From an uncultured Clostridia bacterium (GTDB lineage Bacteria; Bacillota; Clostridia; Oscillospirales; CAG-272): a stretch of 64,000 bases of DNA. The notes below the pieces were generated by a model. It saw only the letters and a list, made by a program, of their open reading frames with translations. It ran no database searches and was not told the origin of the DNA. The stretch is taken from positions 7,069 to 71,068 of the forward strand of contig CANQWE010000001.1 in the NCBI GenBank assembly GCA_947627475.1. Direction: 5' to 3'. The position numbers were made by a program, and so were the translations under genes. Below are positions 9,073-18,442 of this stretch, in pieces. Every line of letters starts with the position of its first letter. Position 1 is the stretch's first letter.

Positions 9073-9267
9073 ATGTTTAAGCTGGAAAAGAATTTAAAGA
9101 AAGCAAATATTCCTCGGACTATACGTTTTACAGAGACTTTATTTGAACAGTTAAATCAAATTGCTTCTGATAATGATGTATCTTTCAATTTATTAGTTTT
9201 ACAATGTTGCCAGTATGCTTTAGATCATTACGAAGATGATTCCTCAAAAGAAAATTCAGATAAATAA
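9073..9267 (+). CDS. Ribbon-helix-helix (Arc/CopG-like) small DNA-binding protein
   Basis: IPRTIRFTETLFEQLNQIASDNDVSFNLLVLQCCQYAL fits a beta-strand plus two helices RHH pattern. Confidence 0.5.
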   Translation: MFKLEKNLKKANIPRTIRFTETLFEQLNQIASDNDVSFNLLVLQCCQYALDHYEDDSSKENSDK

Positions 9268-9281
9268 ATTTGCAAAAAGCA

Positions 9282-9308
9282 AAAAACCTCCCCACAGGGG
9301 AGGTTTTT
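9282..9308. terminator. Bidirectional intrinsic terminator
   Basis: aaaaacctcccc-acag-gggaggttttt between convergent genes. Confidence 0.8.
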
Positions 9309-9319
9309 GTCTACATAAA

Positions 9320-10189
9320 TCACCGGCCGTTGATGCGCTGCACCGCATCCTGCACGATCCTGTCCGGATCGTTTTCATTGACCACTACCATTTTACGGGA
9401 AGCATCAAACCCGCTGATCTCCCCATCCGCTCCAAACAGCGGCGCCGGATGCACCTCCATTTTGCAGGCCTTTGGACAGATCAGCAGTCCCTCGCCGCAG
9501 AGATCCCAAAGCCCCTGGGCCCAGGGGATCTCCCGAAACCGCTTGCGCAGCCAGGTGCTCAAGGGATTGTCTGCACAGAACATGGCGTCAATTTCATCGT
9601 CTGTTCTGCGAAAGGGGGCCACCACCTTTCCCGCACATACCAGCACCATATTTTCTGCAAGGGAAAACAGCAGCTTTCCCCCCTCAATGTCGTTGTGATA
9701 GTTGTATTCCCCGGTGTTGTGATTTCCTTCCAGATCATCCAGCCCCAGCCATACAACGATCAGCCGATCCCGGATTTCCGGGTACAGGGCCAGGGCGCTG
9801 GCCACGTTGGTGCAGCAGCCGGTGATCACTACATATACGGGATCCCGGGTAGACAGCACCGCCTGGCGGATATTTTCGGCGGCGGCGCTTTTTAGGGGCC
9901 CGCCGGCACGGGTGATAAAGTCGGGGGATCCGGTGAAGGCGGGTACTATTTCTGCCAGCCCTGCGGCAGCGATAATTTCTTCACACTCGACTTTCCCGGC
10001 AGCAGCCATATCGGCAGAATCGTCGTTGAAGGGGGCGGAGTTGGCGGCCAGTACCTCCACCCGATCCGAGGCACACAGTGCATAGGCCAGGGCAAACTGA
10101 TCGTCGCCGTCTGCACCGACGTCCCCGTCTACAATGACTTTTTTGATTTTTGGGCTGTTGATGTGGGCAATGATTTCTTCCGGCAGCAT
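9320..10189 (-). CDS. Nucleoside hydrolase (inosine/uridine-preferring family)
   Basis: N-terminal KKVIVDGDVGADGDDQFALAYAL matches the DxDxxxDD signature. Confidence 0.75.
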   Translation of the reverse strand: MLPEEIIAHINSPKIKKVIVDGDVGADGDDQFALAYALCASDRVEVLAANSAPFNDDSADMAAAGKVECEEIIAAAGLAEIVPAFTGSPDFITRAGGPLKSAAAENIRQAVLSTRDPVYVVITGCCTNVASALALYPEIRDRLIVVWLGLDDLEGNHNTGEYNYHNDIEGGKLLFSLAENMVLVCAGKVVAPFRRTDDEIDAMFCADNPLSTWLRKRFREIPWAQGLWDLCGEGLLICPKACKMEVHPAPLFGADGEISGFDASRKMVVVNENDPDRIVQDAVQRINGR

Positions 10190-10277
10190 GGGATATCCTC
10201 CATATCATGATTGACAAAGTATAGTAGATGGGTTAAACTTGTATTATGTGATTTTGTGCGGGCAGGGGGAGAAATAC

Positions 10278-11177
10278 ATGTTGTTTTCTGGAATTTTGTC
10301 GCAGCTTGCCATACACCGGGGGCCTGTAGTGCTGACCGGGCATATGCATCCGGATTATGACAGCGCCGCGTCCTGTCTGCTGATGCGGCATTTTCTGGGA
10401 GAGTTGGGAGTGGATGCGACGATTTGCCTGTATGGACAAATGGATGTCCACAGCGCCGCAGTTCTGGAAAAATACGGCTATCCTCCTGCGTCTCTGTTTT
10501 CTCAGCCCCCGGCGGACTGCCTGCTGATTCTGTGCGACTGCCATACCACAAAGCTGTCCGGCAGGGTGATCGCCTGTGCAGATCATCATCCTACAGTGGA
10601 TGTGCCGGATATTCCCGTATATGAAAATCGGGCGGCAAGCTCCGCCGGCCGGGTGATTTACCAGGCGGCAGCGGCCTATGGCCTTGTGCCGGACCGGCAG
10701 GCAGACTTTCTCGCCCTGTCCTCTGTGTATATGGACACCCTTTCCTGCGCAAGCTCCAAATTTCAGGAAGGGGACAGGCCCTGGATGCGGGAAACTGCCG
10801 CCCGGCATCGCTTTGACCTGACCACCCTCCAGCGGGACGGCCTGTGCCTCACAGACTTGTCCCAGGATCCGGAAACACTATGCCAAAACGGGTTTCGGGA
10901 ATATACCTTTGGAAAATATCGTATCGCCTCCAGCTATATCCAGGCAGAGAATGCAGATCCAACGCTGGTGCAGACACTGCTGGATCGCTGCGCGGCGGTC
11001 TGCCGGGCAGACGAATATGATATCTGGATCTTTCTTTGCTATGTCCCTCTGAAAAAGGAGACGGACGTATATCGATACAATCGGTGCGGGAAAGCGTGGA
11101 GCTATGTGCATCATACCGTCCTGCTTTCCCGGGGAAACGATGTGATGCCCGCCCTGGAGCGGTCCCTTTTGCAGTAG
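10278..11177 (+). CDS. DHH-family phosphoesterase
   Basis: GHMHPDYDSAAS and ACADHHP (DHH motif). GGGGGAG SD before ATG 10278. Confidence 0.65.
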   Translation: MLFSGILSQLAIHRGPVVLTGHMHPDYDSAASCLLMRHFLGELGVDATICLYGQMDVHSAAVLEKYGYPPASLFSQPPADCLLILCDCHTTKLSGRVIACADHHPTVDVPDIPVYENRAASSAGRVIYQAAAAYGLVPDRQADFLALSSVYMDTLSCASSKFQEGDRPWMRETAARHRFDLTTLQRDGLCLTDLSQDPETLCQNGFREYTFGKYRIASSYIQAENADPTLVQTLLDRCAAVCRADEYDIWIFLCYVPLKKETDVYRYNRCGKAWSYVHHTVLLSRGNDVMPALERSLLQ

Positions 11178-11258
11178 TTTTATTATACCGGTTTCTGTGG
11201 AAATGTCAATGAGGGAAAAAGGGGTTTGTGCCGCCCGGAGCGCAGGAGGATACCAAAT

Positions 11259-12044
11259 ATGAAAAAATCTGTTATCAGAGCCGCAGTCGTACTTTTTTGT
11301 TCCCTCTTCCTTGTTTCCTGCGCCTATCATGACGCGCTGCCTAAGGCGGCGGAGGATGCTGCTGCGGCGTTTGCAGCGGCAGAAGAGACGGAGAAATGGG
11401 AGGAGAAGGGGGAAACAGAGACGACGAAAGCGCCTGTGCGGGCCCCTGTGTACCCGCCTTTGGAACAGGCGCAGCTGGAGGTGGAAAACATTCTGCAGCT
11501 GCCCCATCTGCCCAATGGATGCGAAGTGGTGTCCCTGGCTATTGTCCTGCAGTATCATTTCAATATAGATATGGATCCGGTGTGGCTATCGGACAACTAC
11601 TTGCCGAAGGGACCCTTTGACCAGGTAAATCCTGAAAGTACCTATGTAGGAGATCCCAAGGGGGAGGGTTTTGGCTGTTATGTACCCTGTCTGCAGGTGA
11701 CCGCAGGCTTATATATGCATGAGGCGGGATATCTGGATTATGCTGCCAACAATCTGACCGGAAGCTCTATGGAGGAGCTGGAAGCGTGGGTGGCGGGCGG
11801 CACACCTGTGATTCTATGGGCTACAGTAGATATGGAGCCCTCTGTAGTTGCACGGGAATGGAAGGTGGACGGATATACTGTGCGCTGGTTTTCCGGTTCT
11901 CACTGTGTGGTGCTGTCCGGTTATACAGAGGATAAAAGCATTATTTGCGATCCGTTGAAGGGTGTAGTGGAATACGACCGGCAGGATGTGATCGATGCGT
12001 ACGAACTGGTGGGACGGCGGGCCATGGTGCTGTATCAGCCGTAA
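11259..12044 (+). CDS. Lipoprotein, C39-like (YvpB/BtrH-like) cysteine peptidase family
   Basis: Lipobox LFLVSC. QLPHLPNGCEVVSLAIVLQYH gives a catalytic Cys context and SGSHCVVLSGY gives a His. AGGAGG SD before ATG 11259. Confidence 0.65.
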   Translation: MKKSVIRAAVVLFCSLFLVSCAYHDALPKAAEDAAAAFAAAEETEKWEEKGETETTKAPVRAPVYPPLEQAQLEVENILQLPHLPNGCEVVSLAIVLQYHFNIDMDPVWLSDNYLPKGPFDQVNPESTYVGDPKGEGFGCYVPCLQVTAGLYMHEAGYLDYAANNLTGSSMEELEAWVAGGTPVILWATVDMEPSVVAREWKVDGYTVRWFSGSHCVVLSGYTEDKSIICDPLKGVVEYDRQDVIDAYELVGRRAMVLYQP

Positions 12045-12069
12045 CCGATACAAAGTGGAGGAAGGCAAA

Positions 12070-12666
12070 ATGATTGCAGGGATATTTTTTTATGGAATAG
12101 CGGGGGCCGCCGTAACAGCACTTTCCTGTACCCGGCCCAATCAGAAGCGCTTTTTTGGAGCAGGAATGTTTCTTCTGATTGCAGCAGCCGCCGGATTTTT
12201 GGGGGCGGGGATCCCGTCCCTTCTATATTATAGAAGCATGCGGGCAGAGGGCAGCACTGACACGTTATATCAGCTTCTGTTTTTTTCTCTTTTGGCCGCG
12301 GTCCTGATTTGTATGCTTGTGACAGGGGCATCGATTCTGTCTGACCGCAGACGCCTGATCCGTCCCGTTGCTGTACTCGTCCCATTTTTATGGGGGATAT
12401 TTCTGCAGCTTGGCATCTGGATCGGCGGGACCCTTGAGCAGGACCCGGGACCGATCCTCGCACTTGGCATATCCCTGTGCTCTCTTCTGCTGCTTTGTCC
12501 GGGCGTCGCTTTTCTCCGAGCAGCGTTTCTGCTGAAGCGTCCTCACGCCATAGAACCGATCCTTGCAGAGCAGGCCCGGCGGCAGAAGAAAAAAGAGGCG
12601 GGAAGGGCTCTGCGGCAGAAACGGCAGCGTCTGCGTTCTCCCAGGAAAAGGAGCGGGACAAAATAG
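12070..12666 (+). CDS. Hypothetical polytopic membrane protein with a basic C-terminal tail
   Basis: About 5 hydrophobic segments. GGAGGAAGG SD before ATG 12070. Confidence 0.55.
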   Translation: MIAGIFFYGIAGAAVTALSCTRPNQKRFFGAGMFLLIAAAAGFLGAGIPSLLYYRSMRAEGSTDTLYQLLFFSLLAAVLICMLVTGASILSDRRRLIRPVAVLVPFLWGIFLQLGIWIGGTLEQDPGPILALGISLCSLLLLCPGVAFLRAAFLLKRPHAIEPILAEQARRQKKKEAGRALRQKRQRLRSPRKRSGTK

Positions 12667-12674
12667 CCCAGCCC

Positions 12675-12703
12675 TTGACACAATTCTCCTGCAACGGTAT
12701 AAT
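12675..12703 (+). promoter_or_regulatory. Sigma-A type promoter of iorAB
   Basis: TTGACA (12675-12680), 17 nt, TATAAT (12698-12703). Confidence 0.6.
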
Positions 12704-12756
12704 ATTAGATGAAGTTTGGCATAGTGTTACACTGCCCAAAGAAAGGATTTACATAA

Positions 12757-14511
12757 ATGAAAAAAATTATGCTTGGCAATGAGGCAGTCGCAAGAGGACT
12801 GTATGAGGCCGGCGTGCGTTTTGTTTCCAGCTATCCCGGCACTCCCAGTACAGAAATATCCGAGTTCGCCGCAAAATATGACGAAATTTACGCGGAATGG
12901 GCCCCCAATGAAAAAGTAGCGCTGGAGGCTTCCATCGGCGCCAGCTTTGGAGGCGGACGGGCATTTTCCGCCATGAAGCATGTGGGACTCAATGTGGCTG
13001 CAGACCCTTTGTTTATTACGGCGTATACGGGAGTAGGCGGCGGCCTTGTGATCGGCGTTGCGGACGATCCAGGGATGCATTCTTCCCAAAACGAGCAGGA
13101 CAGCCGGCACTATGCCATCGGTGCAAAGCTGCCTATGATCGAGCCTGCCGACGCTGCAGAGTGTAAGGAATTTACCAAGCTGGCCTATACGCTGTCCGAG
13201 CAGTTTGACACGCCCTTTATCCTGCGCCTTACTACCCGGGTGTCCCACTCCGGCAGCGCAGTAGAGCTGGAGGAGCGGCAGGAGCGGGAGATTTTGGAAT
13301 ATACCAAGGATCCTGCCAAGCATGTAATGATGCCAGGCAACGCCAAGCGACGCCATCCCGTTGTGGAACAGCGGCTGGCGGATCTTGCCGAATATGCATA
13401 CGATAGTCCGCTGAACCGGGTGGAAATGGGCGGTACTGCCGTGGGCGTCATCACTGCGGGCAACTGCTATAACTATGCAAAGGAAGTATACGGCACGAAT
13501 GCTTCTTATTTGAAGCTGGGGCTGATCCATCCCCTGTCTGAAAAGCAGATCCGGGAATTTGCAGACTCTGTAGATTCTGTTGTGGTCATCGAAGAGCTGG
13601 ACGGCGTGATCGAGTCCTTCTGCCGTTCCCTTGGAATCCAGGTTACCGGCAAGGACGTGCTTCCCCTGTGCGGCGAATATTCCCAGGAACTGCTCCGGGA
13701 AAAACTTTTGGGTGAAGAACCCTGCACTGTGTCGGTGGCAGACGAGATCCCTATGCGGCCGCCGGTGCTTTGTCCGGGATGTCCTCACCGGGGCGTGTTC
13801 TACACCCTGAAAAAAATGGGCCTCATGGTTTCGGGGGATATCGGCTGTTATACCCTGGGCGCTGTTGCGCCGCTGGGCGCTATGGACACCACCCTTTGCA
13901 TGGGCGCGTCAATCTCTGCCCTCCACGGCTTCAATAAGGTGCGGGGCGAGGAAGCCAAGTCTGTGGCGGTGATCGGCGACTCTACCTTTATGCATTCCGG
14001 TATGACCGGTCTTGTAAATATCATCTATAACGGGGGCGCGTCTACGGTGGTGATCCTGGACAACCGGATCACCGGTATGACAGGACATCAGCAAAATCCC
14101 CTTACAGGGCTTACGCTGAAGAATCAGCCAGCCCCTTACATCTGCCTGGAGGACATTTGTGCGGGACTTGGTGTGGACAGAGCCCACATCCGTGTGGTAG
14201 ATCCGGCAAAACCGGCAGAGCTGGAAGGGGTCTTGAAAGAAGAGCTGGCTGCCGACGTTCCCTCTGTGGTGATCTGCCGGCGTCCCTGCGCCCTTTTGAA
14301 GGGCGTAGAGAAAAAGCCCGCCCTGCAGGTGGACCAGGAAAAATGCCGCAGCTGTAAGGCATGTATGAAAATCGGCTGCCCCTGCATTTCCATGGCTGCA
14401 GGCGAAGACGGCGTGATAAAGGCCAAAGTGGACGCGAGCATGTGCGTGGGCTGCGGCCTGTGCCAGGAGATGTGTCCCTTCGATGCGTTTACATCTACCG
14501 GGTCAAAATAA
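12757..14511 (+). CDS. iorA: Indolepyruvate ferredoxin oxidoreductase, alpha subunit
   Basis: MLGNEAVARGLYEAGVRFVSSYPGTPSTEI. TPP-binding GDSTFMHSG. C-terminal 2x[4Fe-4S] CxxCxxC...C motifs. Confidence 0.9.
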   Translation: MKKIMLGNEAVARGLYEAGVRFVSSYPGTPSTEISEFAAKYDEIYAEWAPNEKVALEASIGASFGGGRAFSAMKHVGLNVAADPLFITAYTGVGGGLVIGVADDPGMHSSQNEQDSRHYAIGAKLPMIEPADAAECKEFTKLAYTLSEQFDTPFILRLTTRVSHSGSAVELEERQEREILEYTKDPAKHVMMPGNAKRRHPVVEQRLADLAEYAYDSPLNRVEMGGTAVGVITAGNCYNYAKEVYGTNASYLKLGLIHPLSEKQIREFADSVDSVVVIEELDGVIESFCRSLGIQVTGKDVLPLCGEYSQELLREKLLGEEPCTVSVADEIPMRPPVLCPGCPHRGVFYTLKKMGLMVSGDIGCYTLGAVAPLGAMDTTLCMGASISALHGFNKVRGEEAKSVAVIGDSTFMHSGMTGLVNIIYNGGASTVVILDNRITGMTGHQQNPLTGLTLKNQPAPYICLEDICAGLGVDRAHIRVVDPAKPAELEGVLKEELAADVPSVVICRRPCALLKGVEKKPALQVDQEKCRSCKACMKIGCPCISMAAGEDGVIKAKVDASMCVGCGLCQEMCPFDAFTSTGSK

Positions 14512-14523
14512 GGAGAGGGTATA

Positions 14524-15108
14524 ATGACAACGAAAAATATTATGATTGTGGGCGTAGGCGGACAGGGCTCTCTGCTGGCCAGCAGGATCCTAGGCGCAGC
14601 TGCTACAGCAGACGGATATGCGGTAAAAATCTCCGAAGTGCACGGCATGAGCCAGCGCGGCGGATCTGTCGTAACATATGTACGCTATGGGAAAGCGGTA
14701 AGCTCTCCTGTAATCTGCCAGGGGGAAGCAGACGTGATTTTGTCCTTTGAGCTGCTGGAAGCGGCCAGATGGCTGCCCTTCCTGCGTCCCGGCGGAACAC
14801 TGATCACCGCCACACAAGAGATCAATCCTATGCCGGTGATCATCGGCGCTGCTCAGTATCCTGCAGATCTTGCGGAGAAAATCCGGGAGCTGGGCGTGCA
14901 GATCATTGCGGCAGACGCTGCGGCCATTGCAGAAGAAGCCGGAAACGGCAGAGCGGCCAATGTGGCGCTGATCGGTCTTGGCGCCCACGTGCTCGGATTT
15001 GATACGGAAGTGCTGCGGAGTGCGGTGGAAGCATGCGTGCCTGCCAAGGCCAAGGAGATCAATCTGCGGGCCTTTGATATGGCGGCGGCCCATCAAAAGG
15101 ACCAGTAA
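14524..15108 (+). CDS. iorB: Indolepyruvate oxidoreductase, beta subunit
   Basis: IMIVGVGGQGSLLASRILG...EVHGMSQRGGSV, immediately after iorA. Confidence 0.85.
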   Translation: MTTKNIMIVGVGGQGSLLASRILGAAATADGYAVKISEVHGMSQRGGSVVTYVRYGKAVSSPVICQGEADVILSFELLEAARWLPFLRPGGTLITATQEINPMPVIIGAAQYPADLAEKIRELGVQIIAADAAAIAEEAGNGRAANVALIGLGAHVLGFDTEVLRSAVEACVPAKAKEINLRAFDMAAAHQKDQ

Positions 15109-15662
15109 TGGTGGATTTGCTGGCACTGCAAAAGCAGTTTATTCTGACCCATCTGCGGCCGGGAGACACTGCCTGCGACTTTACCATGGGAAACGGCCAT
15201 GATACGACGTTTTTATCCAAAACCGTAGGGGAGTCGGGCCATGTGGCGGCCTTTGACATCCAACCGGCCGCCCTGGAAAGTACGGCCCGCCGGCTGCGGG
15301 AGGAGGGCTGTCCGGAAAACTGGAGTCTGTACTGCCGCTCCCACCATCTGGCGAAAGACTATGTGTCGGGACCGATCCGTGCGGGAATGTTTAATCTTGG
15401 ATATATGCCTGGCAGCGGCAATAAGGCGCTGACCACCATGCGCGAGACGACGCTGCCTGCTGTGGAAGGCGCGCTGTCCTTGCTGGGGCGGGACAGCATC
15501 CTGCTGGTAGCGGTATATCCCGGTCATCCGGAAGGCGCGGCGGAAGGAGAGGCACTGCAGGCATACTTTTCCACACTCAGCCGGTACAAGCTGAGCATCG
15601 GGAAATTTCAGCTGCTCAATTCTCCCACATCCCCGTATTTTATGATCGCAGAAACGAAATAA
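15108..15662 (+). CDS. Class I SAM-dependent methyltransferase (YtqB-like putative rRNA/tRNA methylase)
   Basis: TAATG overlap with iorB. DFTMGNGHDT...AFDIQ is a SAM-binding pattern. Confidence 0.6.
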   Translation: MVDLLALQKQFILTHLRPGDTACDFTMGNGHDTTFLSKTVGESGHVAAFDIQPAALESTARRLREEGCPENWSLYCRSHHLAKDYVSGPIRAGMFNLGYMPGSGNKALTTMRETTLPAVEGALSLLGRDSILLVAVYPGHPEGAAEGEALQAYFSTLSRYKLSIGKFQLLNSPTSPYFMIAETK

Positions 15663-15692
15663 ACCTATGTGAAACCGTAAGGGGGCGAGGCT

Positions 15693-16793
15693 GTGAATAA
15701 TAAACCGTATGGCTCTCGCCCTGCCCCTCGGGGCTATGTAAATGCGGATGGAACCGTGAACCGGCCGAAAAAGCAGGGTGGCCCGCCGCCTGAGAATGCG
15801 GCCCAGCATAAGGCCCGGGCAGTATACGGCGCCCCTCCCAAAAGTCCGGGGGGACGGCCTGCTCCTGCGCCCGGGCGAAGACCTGTCTCACCTGCAGGTA
15901 CACCTGCCAGAAGGCCGGCACAGTCATCCCGCCCGGGGGCAAATTCTGGACAAAGACGTCCGGCCCCGGGCCAGCGGCCGGTACAGGGGGGGCAGCGGCG
16001 GCCAAATCAAAGCCCGCCCGGCGGCAGAAGCCGATCCGGCTGGATCTATCCGGAGACAGGCGCGCCGCAAACCAGATCTGATTTTGAGCGGTATTACCGG
16101 CAGCGTAGGCAGGCAGAAATTCAGCGGGCCAGACAACGGCAGGAGGCAGCTCGCCGTGAGGCGCTGCGGAAAAAGAAGCTGCGTCGAAAAAAACGAGCTG
16201 CCCAGGCGCGGGGGATCCTGCTGCGATTTTCCATTGTATTTCTGCTTGTCTGCGGCGTTGCTGCCTGGACCTACTTCTCCCTTTTTTACGGAGACAGTAA
16301 GGAAAAATCCAGCGCAGTCACATATACGATGGGAAAAGAGGATTCCTTTAAGGCTGATGGTGCTACTGCCTATTACAACGGTATATTGTATGTAGACTTT
16401 ACCAGGCTTGCTTCTCTGCTGGACATGCCCGTCGCCGGGAGCATCCATTACATGCGATTTATTATTCCATCCGATGAGGAGGGGGACAGTGCCGGTGACG
16501 GTACAGAGGAATCTGTTTTGTTTACTGTAGGATCTTTTACTGCCAATATAAATGGTGTCAATGTGAATATGACAGGTCCCTGCCGCCTTGTGGACACAGC
16601 TATATGGGTGCCCCTGTCCTTTGTTGAGCATTATATGGCAGGTGTTACCGTAGAGTATAAAAAAACCGACGAAATTTCTCTTTTTCAAACGCCTGTGGAG
16701 GAGGATAAGGAGAAAGTGGAACCGCTCTCCTTCCGGGTGAAGGCGCAGGCGCCCATTGCCCCGGTGGTATACGATCCAGAATCGCAAGAATAA
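15693..16793 (+). CDS. Membrane-anchored protein with Pro/Arg-rich N-terminus and copper-amine-oxidase-N-like (stalk) C-terminal domain
   Basis: GTG start with AAGGGGG SD. Low-complexity PAPG/RRP region, one TM (LLRFSIVFLLVCGVAAWTYF), then a globular C-terminus. Confidence 0.55.
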   Translation: MNNKPYGSRPAPRGYVNADGTVNRPKKQGGPPPENAAQHKARAVYGAPPKSPGGRPAPAPGRRPVSPAGTPARRPAQSSRPGANSGQRRPAPGQRPVQGGQRRPNQSPPGGRSRSGWIYPETGAPQTRSDFERYYRQRRQAEIQRARQRQEAARREALRKKKLRRKKRAAQARGILLRFSIVFLLVCGVAAWTYFSLFYGDSKEKSSAVTYTMGKEDSFKADGATAYYNGILYVDFTRLASLLDMPVAGSIHYMRFIIPSDEEGDSAGDGTEESVLFTVGSFTANINGVNVNMTGPCRLVDTAIWVPLSFVEHYMAGVTVEYKKTDEISLFQTPVEEDKEKVEPLSFRVKAQAPIAPVVYDPESQE

Positions 16794-16809
16794 TATGGCG
16801 GTGTGAAGC

Positions 16810-17313
16810 ATGAAGAATATTATTTTGATCGGTATGCCCGGCTGCGGCAAGAGTACAGCTGGGGTTTTGCTTGCCAAAACCCTTGGATACAGCTTTTTCG
16901 ATACAGATTTGCTTGTGCAGCAGCAGGCGGGAAAGAAATTGTTTGAAATAATCCGGGACGATGGGATGGATGCATTTTTACAATTGGAAAACGATACGGT
17001 AGCGGCTCTGGAGGATACAGACGAAACGGTGATCGCCACCGGCGGCAGCGTGGTGCTGGGAGAGAAAGCTATGGCACATCTTTCCCGAATGGGGCAGGTC
17101 GTGTATTTGCAGCTGCCCCTTTCTCAGATAGAGCAGCGTATATCCAATATCAGAACCCGTGGGATCGCTATGGAACCCGGTGAGGGGCTTTGCGATGTGT
17201 ATGCCCGCAGAGTTCCGCTGTATGAGCGGTATGCAGATATAGTCGTGCCTGCGGCATCTCTTTCTCTGGAAGAAACGGTGGAGGAGATCGTCCGCCGGGT
17301 GGATGTGAAGTAA
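16810..17313 (+). CDS. aroK: Shikimate kinase
   Basis: MKNIILIGMPGCGKSTAG (Walker A), 167 aa. Confidence 0.85.
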   Translation: MKNIILIGMPGCGKSTAGVLLAKTLGYSFFDTDLLVQQQAGKKLFEIIRDDGMDAFLQLENDTVAALEDTDETVIATGGSVVLGEKAMAHLSRMGQVVYLQLPLSQIEQRISNIRTRGIAMEPGEGLCDVYARRVPLYERYADIVVPAASLSLEETVEEIVRRVDVK

Positions 17314-17344
17314 AAAGAGGGGCGGGTTTCGCTCCTCTTTTTTA
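17313..17344. terminator. Intrinsic terminator after aroK
   Basis: aaaaagaggggcg-ggttt-cgctcctctttttt. Confidence 0.7.
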
Positions 17345-17349
17345 AATCC

Positions 17350-18440
17350 TTCCCCCAGGGGGAGACTGTTCAAGCTAAACGGAATAGAGATCTCTCCTCC
17401 CGTCATAACTGCGTTTTGCCCCCTTGCATTTGTTCACGAAATGCAGGGAGGTGTCGCACTGTAGGTATGAAGGAGGGAGAGATGCATGTGTAAGCTCCCC
17501 CTCCTTCATGGCTTTGCCATGACATCTCCCCTGGCAAGGGGAGGTTTAATAGATTTTAGAGTAAAACAGATACCCAAAGCAAGATATCGCAGGGCCTGCA
17601 AAGGCACTGGAGTCCAACACATCGGTACAGACTGGCAGTCTGTACGAAACAAACGCGATAGCAAAGCCGGGGATCCAGTTTCGCTCCACGGATCGCTGTG
17701 CGATCCGAAAAAGCATTTTGAGTACTTGTACTTTGTGCAGCAAAGTATCATTTTCGCTTTGGAAAAAAGTACCGCCGTTTCCCTTGCTTTCAAAGTAGAA
17801 ATGAGAATGTTCCTCTTCCAAGAGAAAGGAAGGAGGACGTTCCTTTTGTAATGTGACAAAAGGAACCAAAAACACAGAAAAGGGAAGGGGGATTCCCCTT
17901 CCCTTTTCCATCCCTTCCCCTTTGACAACTACGGATAAAGCAAACTTTTTGGTATACGCTGGAATTGCAGAAACTGCAAGACAGATAGGAAACAAAAAGA
18001 GATAGAACAGAAAAGCAGAGACAAATAAAGTTTGCAGAGATTGGATAAGCTCCCAGGGCGGTGTCAGCGTAGCTGACGAGGGGATTGTCAGGAATACAAT
18101 CCATTTCCCGCTGCAGTAAGATGGACGGAAACAACCCCTCAGTTGGCGCTGCCCACAGTCCCCCTTTCAAGGGAGTTGGTACCCACTCCTATGTGGGTGT
18201 CACCGAAGGCAACGGGGGCTTATGAAGTATGCACAGACTCTGGAGTAAGGTAGATAGCCCAAGCAAGACATTGCAGGCCAGCAAAAAGGCACTGCAGTCC
18301 CCCAAGTCCGGTGCAGGCAAAAAGTCTGTGCCAAACAGACTCGATAGCAAAGCCGGGGATCCGGCTTTGCCTCATCGGATCACAATTTGGATGTCCTTAC
18401 ATTGGGTAACGCACTATTTTCCTGCTTTGAGGATAAGTAC
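17350..18440. repeat. Hairpin-rich modular intergenic repeat block B (X - Y - X, inverted relative to block A)
   Basis: Two X-module copies lie at ~17555-17745 and ~18230-18400. The central part, 17750-18230, is the reverse complement of A 1870-2395; for example 18080-18170 against 1921-2000. There are many 5-11 bp GC hairpins and no credible ORF. Confidence 0.8.
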
Positions 18441-18442
18441 CG

